64,000 nucleotides of DNA from Octopus bimaculoides. Lineage: Eukaryota. Under the pieces are notes generated by a model. The model searched no databases. It was not told where the DNA came from and saw nothing but the letters and a program-made list of their open reading frames with translations. The DNA lies in NCBI RefSeq assembly GCF_001194135.2, contig NC_068983.1:97533773-97597772 (forward strand). The letters are read 5' to 3'. Below, one piece after another: positions 52,314 through 64,000 of this stretch. How positions within the stretch are numbered: the stretch's first letter is position 1; the number at the start of each line of letters is the position of its first letter. The position numbers were made by a program, and so were the translations under genes.

Positions 52314-53499
52314 GAATATGTTTCAACACACGAACTCACATAAAAAATCTTGCAAACCAAATCCCAAAACGAAATAATATATCTTTTACTTTTCTCTAAC
52401 TTTACAGTAAATTCAATATTTAAGATGTCACACGCTGCAGCTTACAGTTTCGTTCACATTCATCAAACTGCTCTTTTAACTTAAAACATGACAAATTTCA
52501 TCTTGTTTCGTTTCGTGTAAATGAAATGTAACATCATTATAAAGGGTACTTTTGAAGCGACACCTGGGAATCTAATGAGAATTGTAAACTCATCAATATA
52601 CTTGAAGTAATTATCAGGGAAACATAACCTTCAACATAGTTTATTATACCGTATCAGTTTCGAAACCCAAGTGAAATTTTTACATACAGACGATTGTTGT
52701 TAACGTACGAAAGGCGTCAGTTTGGTGCTTGTGTAAGAAATAATCATTAATGGATTGCTGGGTGTTGGTACTGTTAATATGTTTACACTCATAAGAAAAA
52801 ATAATACTTTTCATGGGAAAACTGGTTAAAACTTTTCACCATCTGTTTACAACCAACCAATTTCTGAACACTGAAAATACAGAATTCCGATTGGTTTACT
52901 TGAAGAAGTGTTTGCTACTTTTGATACTGATAAAAGATTTATTGTTTTCACACACACACACACACACTGATACCCACTCACAGACGCATTCCCCCTCCCC
53001 CATTCGCAGATATACTCTTCAAGCTATTCCCGAAATAACTTCCACTTGAAAAAACATAATTACCCGTTTGTTTGATTCTATAGACGTATAATTGTAACTC
53101 AAGCTTTCTCTTTGAAGATTGCGCATTTAGTGTTTAAATATCTCCCATTTTTATCTTCATATTTTCAAGACGAGAGGAACTTTCAGGAGTATCTAATACT
53201 CTATAATTGCCCAAACATGATTAACACTTATCAGATATTTGTATAAGGGAACTCAATTTTCAAGATATCTTCTGAATTTGCTAGATATTACTGGAATGCA
53301 CTGTACAAATAGTTTCTTATGTACTAGAATAACTGAGCAACACAAGAAAAACAAAGCTGATGTTTTTTTCTTATTTAATTCTCTTCTGGTTTGCATATAT
53401 ATTTTCTTCACGCTGAAATTCTGCTTTACACCTCCTCTATACCTTCTTACGTAGTAATATACACCAAACTTCCATACAAAAATAGCTATAATAATAATA

Positions 53500-53990
53500 A
53501 CAATGATAATTTAGAACAAGGTCAAGGTCGTAAATGTTCTGTTGGAAAATCTACTAAAAATTGTGTATGTATTCAATAGAGACATACAAAGGGAGAATAG
53601 GATTAGATAAATTTTCCAAAAATACCTTAAGGAGAGTCAAATTAACTACAACTAATATTAAATTAGATTCAGACACCGAAATCAATGAATTAAACAAATA
53701 CTTAGAAACACTTGGAGAGATAAAACCGAATAAAATACAACTTAAAGAAATGAAGGAACAACATTTTAAAGGAGTGAAGAGTAATATACAAGAGTTAGAT
53801 TGATATCAAAGACTGAACTCAGTACTTGAGATAAATATAGTAACTGTTCCATGTGCCATTTACAAATTACAGCTTTAACGAGTAAACCATGATATAAGTG
53901 AATATAAAAGTTTTGATAATGAAAACGGGACACTACTAATTCATATATCATGGCATCTGATTTTATCATCCTAACTCCAAGGATCTCACG
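53500..53990 (+). mobile_element. R4/Dong-type LINE RT fragment
   Basis: IGLDKFSKNTLRRVKL..INELNKYL..LGEI..IQLKEMKEQ resembles FGLDKCxK...YKYLG...MKEK; preceded by AAT repeats. Confidence 0.7.
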
Positions 53991-55860
53991 TGTCATAAAC
54001 TGTGTTGAGCAGACTTAGAGATACATGCTTTTTTCTTTTTTTTTGAAGTTTAGTGATGAGGAAGAAAATGCTGAGATGACGTTTGCAGTACCTTCCGGAC
54101 TGGTGCGACCAAGGCAGTTAATAATTATCTTCAGCAACTGCAAGTAAAAAAAGATCTGGGCGAAGAGGGATTTCCAGTGGAGAGATATTCTAGGCCAGCA
54201 GGATTGAGTTAATGGATATTGCGGGCCTTAGAAACGAGTTATACATTGTATGGAGGTGAATGTGTTAAGTAAATTTAAATGATGCTATGCAAGCATCCAA
54301 CTCTAAGGATCAGAGGCTATGACAGCAGTTATAGAAAAGTTAGTGAGGAGACAAAGTGTCTGTGGATCAGAGTTGTAAGTGTAATGCCAACCAGCCAAGG
54401 GGACATTTTAGTGGTTTTCTATGTGAGGCAACATCACCGTATCAGACGTTTGGGTGGTTTACTTTGGTAGATCACATTTGAGGCATTATATTGAGTTAGC
54501 AACTATTAAAATTACTAAAATACCTCACGGAATGCTATGTCTTGCCTGAGATACAGTGAAGTCATGGGACTGCAACACGGCAGATTGTGAAGCGGCAGCG
54601 GAAGAGCTCAACTGAGCCAACGGTACTTCTTACATTTATGCTGAGCAGAGGAATCTTTGAGGATCAGAGATCAGGTTTACCAAGCTTTATCTTGAGAATA
54701 ACTGCAACGCATCTGTGGGGGCAGCGTCCATGGTTGTGAAATCAGCTAATCAAAGGTTCATTATGACTAAAGCTCATCAGTTTAAGTTCATAATAGAACT
54801 GAATGGCGACAGAGAGTCACGGTGGATACGTGCAAGCAGCGCGACCGGAGAGAGAATTATTAAAGACTATTAAAGAATAAAGCATTTTCAAGCTAATCGG
54901 CAACCCAGCATTCAAGCAATAAACGACATAAAACTAATTACTGGTTAACGGAAAATCTTTTCCATATTCTGTAGCGTTTTAACAGTTCAACTGAATTGAA
55001 GGATGGAAATTGGTTAGATTACCAAGAATATTTCAGAATAACTCTATCTTCGAATAAGATAACCACCTTTTAAATCGCAAAATATATACGCCAATTACGA
55101 ACACTACCTATATCTGCACCACCACCATCGATAATTCAACGTCGGTTATCATTTATTTACAACTATATCTGAGATTATTCCGAAAACTGAGATGGAATTG
55201 GCTTTCTTCATCAGAGATATGAAGAGACGGACCGTAACTTTTGGCTGCACTTAAATTTACATTGAGCATTTGGTTGATATATTTCCATACAATAATACTG
55301 GAACTGGATTACACCCTCTTAAGTTCCAATAGTCGTTGGAATATTGCATGGAATTTCCATTTTAAACGTCAGCCATAACGCTAAATATAAATTAAATCTC
55401 ACTCTTTTACTCTGTCTGTCTGTTTCCCTCTCTCACTAAACACACACATATATGTATGTATGTATGTTTGTACTTACGCATACATAATTATGTAGGTGTA
55501 AATATATCAGAGTGGATATAAAAATACATACATATATATATAAATATATATATATATAAATATATATATNNNNNNNNNNNNNNNNNNNNNNNNNNNNNNN
55601 NNNNNNNNNNNNNNNNNNNNNNNNNNNNNNNNNNNNNNNNNNNNNNNNNNNNNNNNNNNNNNNNNNNNNNNNNNNNNNNNNNNNNNNNNNNNNNNNNNNN
55701 NNNNNNNNNNNNNNNNNNNNNNNNNNNNNNNNNNNNNNNNNNNNNNNNNNNNNNNNNNNNNNNNNNNNNNNNNNNNNNNNNNNNNNNNNNNNNNNNNNNN
55801 NNNNNNNNNNNNNNNNNNNNNNNNNNNNNNNNNNNNNNNNNNNNNNNNNNNNNNNNNNNN

Positions 55861-55893
<33 letters not shown>

Positions 55894-56529
55894 CGTGTAT
55901 GTTTATATATATATGTATGTATGTATGTAAATAGTCAATACATAAACGCATAATGCGATGAATACATATGTATATACTTATACCTACACACCTATGTCTA
56001 TATATGAATGTATATACACATATACATATGTATGTACGTATGTATGTATGTATGGATGGATGGATGGATGGTTGGATGGATGGATGGATGGATGGTAGAA
56101 GCATTGCAGCGTAATCGTGTAGATCAATTGCTATTATCTCTGCCTACTCGGGTGGGTTTACCCTAATTTTAAACTCAAGCAGACGCCTGTATGAATATTC
56201 CAGTATATCCACAAATTGTTTATATATGCGTACGTGACCGGTCGTTGTACAAATATATCTATATCGCTTGAGTAGATAAATGTGAGGGCAAATATCTTTT
56301 TCCATATAAATATACTTCACGCACAAAAACATATGCATACGTATGTATGTGTATATATATATATGTATAGCTGTATGTGGTGTGTATGTGTGTATGTGTA
56401 TGTATGTTTGTGTGGTGTGAGCGTGCTTGTGCTTGGGTGTTTATGTGTATGTAATTCCCTATATCCAATATTCATTCGTGAATATATTCATAACTTCTTA
56501 TAATATATATAGTGATATACTATTAAGTA

Positions 56530-56770
56530 GGCGCGCGTGGCATAGTGGTTAGAGCGTTGCACTCATGATCGTAATATTGCGGTTTCGGTTCTTGGACCGA
56601 GCAATGCAATGAGCAAACCACTTTTTTTCAAGTTGATCCAGACCACTCAGTTAGCAAAAAATGAGTACGCCTGTGACAGACAAGCGTCCCGTACAGGGGT
56701 GCAATATATTCGCCACAGAATCCGGGAAGCCGGTCTAATAATGCTATGGCCCGCGAAGGACCTTTGGGCG
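56530..56770 (+). mobile_element. SINE family C, diverged
   Basis: GCGCGTGGCATAGTGGTTAGAGCGTTGC head; GACAAGCGTCCCGTACAGGGG body. Confidence 0.75.
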
Positions 56771-57009
56771 GAGATATGTGCAAACATGGCATACAGTAAT
56801 ATGATGATACTTCTATTACACATATGTATGTCATTATTCAGTTTTATTTCAAGAGTCTTGCCAATAGAGAAAGAGCCGGTTTCTAACCTAGATCCAAGGC
56901 TCCTTCACTGAAATTTCAACATCAGGGTATGTATGTATGTATGCATGCATGCATATATGCATGTATGTATGTATGCATAGACAAGTTCATATATACTTAA
57001 ATGATAAAC

Positions 57010-57340
57010 TTCTGTTACAGATTTTTAATTCCAGTGATGGCTTGGATCTCTTGTTTTCGAATCAGCTTTCTCCTTTCTTGTTTTGAGAAGCCTAATTTCT
57101 CAAGATTGTTATTTAGGCAGTGTGTTACATATCCCAGTGCCCCAGGTATTAACCTGAATTTTGTAATCCGGATAGAGTAACTCTGAAGATTTCTCAATAG
57201 GTAGGTAATTTCTTTTTCGCTGACATTTTGCCTTATGTTAACATCCACTGGTTAGCTGATTTCCACAGCTATACACAGTTTCTCTTCTCCATCCCAAATT
57301 ACTACGTCAGGTCTATTACGTTTATATTTTATTAAGGTTT
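57010..57340 (-). mobile_element. R4/Dong-type LINE RLE-domain fragment
   Basis: RPDVVIWDGEEKLCIAVEIS, then DVNIRQNVSEKEITY..LIPGALGYV. Confidence 0.75.
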
Positions 57341-57769
57341 TCAATGGAAGATTCTACCAGTATTCCTTTTTATCATGAGTAGCTATGACTTCTACCATAC
57401 TGTAGGTTCTTATTTCTTTGGCCCCGGGTTTATCCTTCCGACGGATTTCATTATACAGTGTCCTAGCTACAACATCATTCTCATCGGTAGAAAATACCGT
57501 GATGATATTTTCGGACAATTGTTTATGATGTGGGTGATATCTTCGGTGTTAACTCCATAAAGTCTGCATCGGTTGTCACATTTTACGGCTTTTCCTACGT
57601 CTCTGTCTCTTTTGTGCATCAGGTATGTATGAATGTATGTATGTATGTATGTATGTATGTATGTACGTGTGTTGGGGTGCTTAATTGTGTGGTTACTTCG
57701 ATTAAGTTGAATCTACTTGACTCCTCTTAACCTTGAAACCACTGGTGTCATCGCATACACATTTAATTT

Positions 57770-58240
57770 TAGGCGCAGGCGTGCTTGTGTGGTAAAAAGC
57801 TTGCTTCCCCACCACATAGTCCCAGGTTCAGTCCCACCTTGTGAGACCTTAAACAAGTGTCTTCTACTATAGAGTCAGGTCGACCAAAGCCTTATGAATG
57901 GATTTGGTAGACAAAATTTGAAAGAAGCCTGTCATGTGTGTGTGTGTGTGTGTGTGAGTGTATGTGCGTGTGTGTGAGAGAGAGGGAGTGTATGTGTGTG
58001 TGTGTGTGTGTGTGTGCGCGTGTGCGTGTGTTTGTCCAACCCACCTAACGCTTGACAACTGGTGCTGGTGTGCTTACGTCCTCGTAACTAAGCGATACGG
58101 CAAAAAGATGGAATGAATGAGGACCAAGCTTAAAGAAAAGAAAGTATTAGGATAGATTCATTCGTCTAAAAATCCTTCAAAGTGGTGCTGCAGCATGACC
58201 GCAGTCTAATGACTGAAACAAGCAAAAGATGAAAAGTAAA
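57770..58240 (+). mobile_element. SINE family B, full length
   Basis: AGGCGCAGGCGTGCTTGTGTGGTAAAAAGC head, internal (TG)n, second half ending GACTGAAACAAGCAAAAGAT. Confidence 0.85.
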
Positions 58241-58829
58241 AGACAGTATTTGTAATATTTAAATTTTTTCTTAGCCCGCTCGACTTACAAGGCCGGTTAC
58301 TCTGTTTCCATGGCACATACGTGCCCAAGGCCACAACATACCCCTGAACAGGTCGTCGATCTGTTGCAGGGTCGAAGGCCAGCAGTTTTTGAGAGATGAG
58401 GGCAATTCGATTACGTCGACTCCAGTAAATGACTGGTTCACTACTTTATCAATCCTGATGGGTTGACAAGCAAAGCTGACCTTGGCAGAATTTGGACTCA
58501 GAACGTAAAAAGCTAGACGAAATGCCACTAAGCATTTTGACCGACGTGCTAACGATCTATCAGCTCAAATCATATCTTTCTTCATAGTTGCACTCAATTT
58601 CACATATCATTATAAAATGTGATTTAATGAAGATATCACGCATAAGAGTCGAGACATCGTGGTTGCGAAACGAATTTTTTAAACATTCGGCCATACGGCG
58701 TTTATGGAAATTTGTAAAGAAGCGCTTTGGCTGGACTGTAACTCCTAATTCAAAGGTCCAGCATTGCGTCATATTGCGTCTCGATGATACTGTCATACTG
58801 CCAGACAATGAATTATGTTAAGGTCATAC

Positions 58830-59145
58830 GTATGTCTGGGATACTCAGGTGACTTGATAGTAGTCTCTCTTAGTCCGAGAAAGTCGGTCCCACAATTTCT
58901 TGCTGAACAATCTGTACAAATGATTTGCTTATAGCGATCAAATGTATGTGCTGGGCCCTAGCTCACCCCCCACACCAATGAAATAGTATACCACACGTCA
59001 GGTATCGATGTGATCGCAGAGTAACGTGAGATGAAATGTTTTGCTCAAAGACACAACTCACCACTACACAAGTTACCACCTGGTCTAGGAATTGAAACCA
59101 TTATTGTGAATGCAACACCCTAACCACTAGGCCATACGCCTTCAC
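58830..59145 (-). mobile_element. SINE family E
   Basis: Reverse homologue of 11178-11480. Confidence 0.7.
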
Positions 59146-59194
59146 ACAGTACTCAGATACTTATACGTTAATATAAGAATAGATAGAAAAGATA

Positions 59195-59408
59195 GAGAGC
59201 TGGTTTAATCGCTCCTGCGCCAGGCGAAACGCTTACCGGCATTTCGTCTATCCTTGTGTTTTGAGCTCAAATTCCACCGAGGTTGACTTTACTTTTTATC
59301 CTTTCGGGATCAATTAAATAAATACCAGTTGAACATGGGAGTCGATGTAATCGACTTCCCTCGTCCCCTGAACTTGCTGGCCTTGTGTCAAAATCTGAAA
59401 CCAATTTA
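59195..59408 (+). mobile_element. SINE family A
   Basis: Central domain and 3' end recognisable. Confidence 0.75.
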
Positions 59409-59799
59409 AGAGTAGATAATTCATGTGATTGAGCGATTAAATCCTCGCTGTCGAACGGCAGTGAAGCGTCTATCCAGTCATAGTTGTGAAAAGAACTCCG
59501 AAAATTGCAGCCTCTACGTGGTGGTTCAGCCTACTAGAAATAACAGTCTAATCTCTCTCATATGCTAATGAGTTCCCTGCATTTAAGAAAAAAGTGGGAA
59601 TAGTCGCACCAACAATATGGACAAATTTAGCAGCAAAATTCCCTCAATTTTAACTCTATCATCGTGGCTTTCAATAATTTTGTGTTTGTAGGACACCAAA
59701 ATTTAAGAGAAAAATTACTGGCGCTCTTCACACAAAAGTTAAAAAGCAGTACTAAAGATACGGAAAATTGTCAATTATCTCGTTTTATTAATTTAACGA

Positions 59800-60155
59800 A
59801 GTCAAATGCCTCCAAGATCGACTTTGCCTTTCATCCTTCCCGATCGATAAAATACATATCGGTTAAGTATTGGAATCGATGTGATTGTCTCGTCTCCTAC
59901 TTCAACATTTCATGTCTTGTGTCTTTGTTGAAAGGATTAATTTACTAAACAAATGCGGTGAGTTAGCAGAATCGTTAGTACGCTGGACAAAATGTCTAAC
60001 GGCATTACGTTCTGAGTTCAAATACTGCTGTACTCGCTTTAGCCTTTTATCCTTTCGGGAATCAATAAAATAAAATACCAGTTGAGCACTGGGGTCGTTG
60101 TAATTGACTGCTCTCTTTCCTTTAAATTTCAGGTCTTGTACGAAGAGCAGAAAGA
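59800..60155 (+). mobile_element. Two family A SINE copies (partial plus near full)
   Basis: GATCGACTTTGCCTTTCATCCTTCC and GCGGTGAGTTAGCAGAATCGTTAG heads. Confidence 0.7.
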
Positions 60156-60632
60156 AGAAGGTAATCATATTTTAAAACTGTATCAAGCATAGTATCGACA
60201 TTCTCGAGTCTTGAATTATATTTTGTAAAAAAAAAAAAAACTGTGAAGACGGATGAAGTGTAGTCCTATATACACAAAGGTCTTGAGAAGAAAAATCATT
60301 GATCGTAGATCTCAGTCAGCGCTGACTTAGGAGAACAAACAACAGAAGGGGAAACAACATCTACATTAACAACAGCACGGGAAGCAACATCAGCAACTTT
60401 AATCGCAATCTCTAACAAAAACAGAAAAAGATAGTTTCTATTTATGTGNNNNNNNNNNNNNNNNNNNNNNNNNNNNNNNNNNNNNNNNNNNNNNNNNNNN
60501 NNNNNNNNNNNNNNNNNNNNNNNNNNNNNNNNNNNNNNNNNNNNNNNNNNNNNNNNNNNNNNNNNNNNNNNNNNNNNNNNNNNNNNNNNNNNNNNNNNNN
60601 NNNNNNNNNNNNNNNNNNNNNNNNNNNNNNNN

Positions 60633-60669
<37 letters not shown>

Positions 60670-60759
60670 TGTATACATTCACACATACACACACACACAG
60701 GCACACAGATATACATGTGTATTTGCATACTATAGACATATGTGTATACACACACATAC

Positions 60760-60799
<40 letters not shown>

Positions 60800-61085
60800 A
60801 CACATATATATAAGTATGCATATATGTGTGCGTGTGTGTATATATGTATGCATTTATGTACATATAAGTATATGTAAATAGTTATTTCCCTATGTAGTTC
60901 TTTGATCATGTATATATGTGACAGGAGAAAGAAGGATATCAAAGAAAAGGTGTACCCCAGCCCGACACCATGGCACACCAGCCTTCAGTGAGTGATTAGG
61001 AAATACGAAATCTTAGAGACATTTGGACAAATATATCAAAGGGAAGGAAGTGGCAGGCACACAGCCGGACAGACAAACGGACGGA

Positions 61086-61111
61086 TAGATAGATGGATAG
61101 ATAGATAGATG

Positions 61112-61166
<55 letters not shown>

Positions 61167-61245
61167 GGCTGGATGGTTGGATGGCTGGATGGTTGGATGG
61201 CTGGCTGGCTGGCTGGCTGGCTGGATGGATGGATGGATGGATAAA
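61086..61245. repeat. (GATA)n/(GGAT)n/(GGCT)n compound tetranucleotide tract
   Basis: Direct reading. Confidence 0.95.
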
Positions 61246-61679
61246 AAAGAGCTAAAAAGAGAGAAAAAAGATAGAATTAGCAGGAAAAAAAAAAGACACC
61301 GAGAAAGAGGAAGAAAGAAGACAAAATGTGAGAATTACAGCTGGAGTAGGAGAGAAAGAACAACAGAGACACGTTAGAAAGATAGGTACTGAGAGAGAGA
61401 GAGAAAGAGGGGGGGTAAATAGGAAGACAAACAGTGGTGTGAAGAGAGATAGGGAGGGAAAGAGACAGAGGCGAGAGAAATAGAAACGGGCGGGATAGAA
61501 ATCTTCTGTATGATGCGAGAGGAAAGTGCCTTTGCATGTATGCATATATGTATGCGTACATTTGTGTATGTCTCTGTCTGTCTGTATGTATGTAAGTATG
61601 CATGTACGTATGTATGTATGTATGCATGTATGTATGCATGCATATATATGTATGAACATATGTATGTATATATCAGTGT

Positions 61680-61859
61680 TCATAGAAGAGAGAGGGAGAG
61701 AGAGAGAGGGGGGACGAGAGAGAGAGAGAGAGGAGGGACGAGAGAGAGAGAGAGGAGGGACGAGAGAGAGAGGGAGGACGAAGAGAGAGACAGAGACAAA
61801 GAGAGAGAGACAGAGACAAAGAGAGAGAGACAGAGACAAAGAGAGAGAGACAGAGACAA

Positions 61860-61892
<33 letters not shown>

Positions 61893-61920
61893 GACAAAGA
61901 GAAAGAGAGAGAGAGGAAAA
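61680..61920. repeat. GA-rich minisatellite including 20-bp GACAGAGACAAAGAGAGAGA units
   Basis: Tandem units at a 20-bp period from about 61788. Confidence 0.9.
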
Positions 61921-62039
61921 GATTATAAAAAAAATTAAGATTTTAAATTAAATATTTATGTGATTTTATTTGAAATATTGTATGTGTGTGTATGTGAGTG
62001 TGTGTGTATGAGTGTCCGTGAGTGTGTGTTTGTATATGG

Positions 62040-62272
62040 GTGCTATTTCTTTACTACCCACAAGGGGCTACACACAGAGGGGGCAAACAAGGACAGCCAA
62101 ACGGATTAAGTCGATTATATCGACCCCAGTGCGTAACTGGTACTTATTTAATCGACCCCGAAAGGATGAAAGGCAAAGTCGACCTCGGCGGAATTTGAAC
62201 TGAGAACGTAGCAACGGGCGAAATACCGCTAAGCATTTCGCCCGGCGTGCTAACGTTTCTGGCAGCTCGCCG
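62040..62272 (-). mobile_element. SINE family A with an alternative 3' tail, young copy
   Basis: Near-consensus head and core, but tail CTTGTTTGCCCCCTCTGTGTGTAGCCCCTTGTGGGTAGTAAAGAAATAG. Confidence 0.85.
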
Positions 62273-62319
62273 GCTATATATGTTTGTATATGTGTGCGTG
62301 TGTCTACACGCATAACGGA

Positions 62320-62367
<48 letters not shown>

Positions 62368-62532
62368 ATTTATGTATGTGTATGTGTCTGTGTATGTATT
62401 TGCAAAAGAGAAATGTGTGCGTGCGTACCCAATAATAATAGTTTTAAATTTCGGCACTGGGCCAGCAGTTTTTGAGGGGAAGGGTAATCGACTCACTACA
62501 ACCTCCACAGAAATTGAACTCAGAACGTTTTG

Positions 62533-63062
62533 ATTTTAACTGATTCGAAGTGTTATCATGTGCATTGTTTTGCCTTGGTATAAAAGATGAGCTACAGCAA
62601 ATATTCTGCTTAATACCACAGATTTGCTTGTCAGTTGTTTGACCTTAACCAGTTGAGCATGTCCCTTGATGGCTGACGATATGTACATCTCTGATCATGA
62701 GCAGAAGTAGTGGGGGAGCATCATAGCCATGTGTTGAGAAGAATTCTTTGGGGTTTCAATAATTCACCTTTGGAAACATGGGTGTTTTGCTCAACATCCT
62801 TAACGAAACCTTATTCAGGGACCTTTTGAGCAGGATGGGCTACTCGACCTGAAGAAAATTCTAACTGGGCCCCACTTGCGAGGTCATGCGCTGTTTATTT
62901 TGATATGAGATTACTATGTCGCGCACATATGGATGTGATGCATGTGCCTGGTGTACCCTTATCAGATGTGTAGTCATGATGTATATACTGGGCTTTGTAT
63001 ATTTTACCCCAGTGTCACTTTGATGGTATGCACTGTTCTCTCACTCAATAATAATAATAATT
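62533..63062. mobile_element. Unclassified non-coding interspersed element ending in (AAT)n
   Basis: Second, internally deleted copy at 63803-64000; abuts AAT repeats and R4/Dong fragments. Confidence 0.7.
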
Positions 63063-63320
63063 GATGTATCAATACCAGCAGATGACAACGTTTCCCTAAA
63101 AGAAATGGAAAAACTTTCAAAATACAAAGACCTGGAAATAGAGGTAACTCGAATGTGGAATCTAAAAACAGAAACAATTCCTATCATAGTAGGTGCCTTA
63201 GGTATAATAAAAAAGATATTCATACAAATACATAACAAAAACACCAGGACTTACAAATATATATAACATACAGAAAATTGCACTACTGGGCACTGCACAC
63301 ATCCTACGCAAAACACTAAG
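63060..63320 (+). mobile_element. R4/Dong-type LINE C-terminal fragment
   Basis: IDVSIPADDNVSLKEMEKLSKYKDLEIEVTRMWNLKTETIPIIVGALG...IQKIALLGTAHILRKT. Confidence 0.9.
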
Positions 63321-63352
63321 GCAGCTGAAAGGAAGTTATAATGAAAGGAAAC

Positions 63353-63355
<3 letters not shown>

Positions 63356-63414
<59 letters not shown>

Positions 63415-63437
63415 GCAACAAAAACAACAACAACAAC

Positions 63438-63502
<65 letters not shown>

Positions 63503-63510
63503 TGATGATG
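63356..63510. repeat. (AAT)n/(AAC)n/(GAT)n compound microsatellite
   Basis: Direct reading. Confidence 0.95.
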
Positions 63511-63539
63511 ATTATGTCCGCGTGATTCCAGGTTCATAA

Positions 63540-63800
63540 AGAAAGAGGAAAAGACTAAAAAAAAAAAACCCAAAGATATACAAACCCTTAAAATTTGAAA
63601 TATGAAGAATTTGGAGCATGTGAACAGTAAAGGTCGTGCCTGTAACAAATGGCTGAAGGAGATTGGAATAGAATGCCCGGTAGAACTCCTACAGAAATGT
63701 GTCTCTTAAGCAAGGATTATCAGGAGGTTTCTAAGCACTTGAAAGACTGCTGAGAACTTACGGATGTCTAAGATTACAGGTAGTAACTCGCTATCCACAT
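63540..63800 (+). mobile_element. R4/Dong-type LINE 3' end (subfamily similar to 30690-32030)
   Basis: WLKEIGIECPVELLQKC and ARIIRRFLST*. Confidence 0.7.
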
Positions 63801-63802
63801 AA

Positions 63803-64000
63803 ATCTTAACTGATTGGGAGTTTTATCATGTACATTGTTTTGTCTTGGTATAAAAAGATGGGCTACAGCAAATATTCATGCGCTGTTTATCTTGATATGA
63901 GATAACCATGTCGCGTACATATGGTTGTGATGCATGTGCCTGGTGTACCCTTATCAGACGGGTAGTCATGATGGGTATAATGGGCTTCGTATATTTTACC
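63803..64000. mobile_element. Deleted copy of the 62533-63062 element (runs off the window)
   Basis: GCAAATATTC joined directly to ATGCGCTGTTT. Confidence 0.8.

Noticed and set aside
62660-62715. CTGACGA core in the AAT-associated element
   Set aside because: No GAAA/stem III/UH arrangement follows.

Overview
This is AT-rich, gapped animal genomic DNA, dense in microsatellites and tRNA-derived SINEs. The repeat landscape suggests an octopod cephalopod (inference only). No intact cellular gene can be confidently named, and most ORF-track entries are microsatellite or N-gap artefacts. Recognisable content: several modular SINE families, R4/Dong-type and RTE LINE fragments, decayed mariner and pogo-like DNA transposons, and several MITEs. 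A few small segments with near-consensus splice sites could be exons of a long-intron gene or lncRNA. The most interesting signal is three dissimilar GC-richer insertions (about 900-1125 minus, 39212-39592 plus, 46062-46300 minus). Each carries a minimal Type I hammerhead-ribozyme-like motif, pointing to Penelope-like or retrozyme elements. Repeat boundaries are by eye and approximate unless TIR/TSD bases are quoted.
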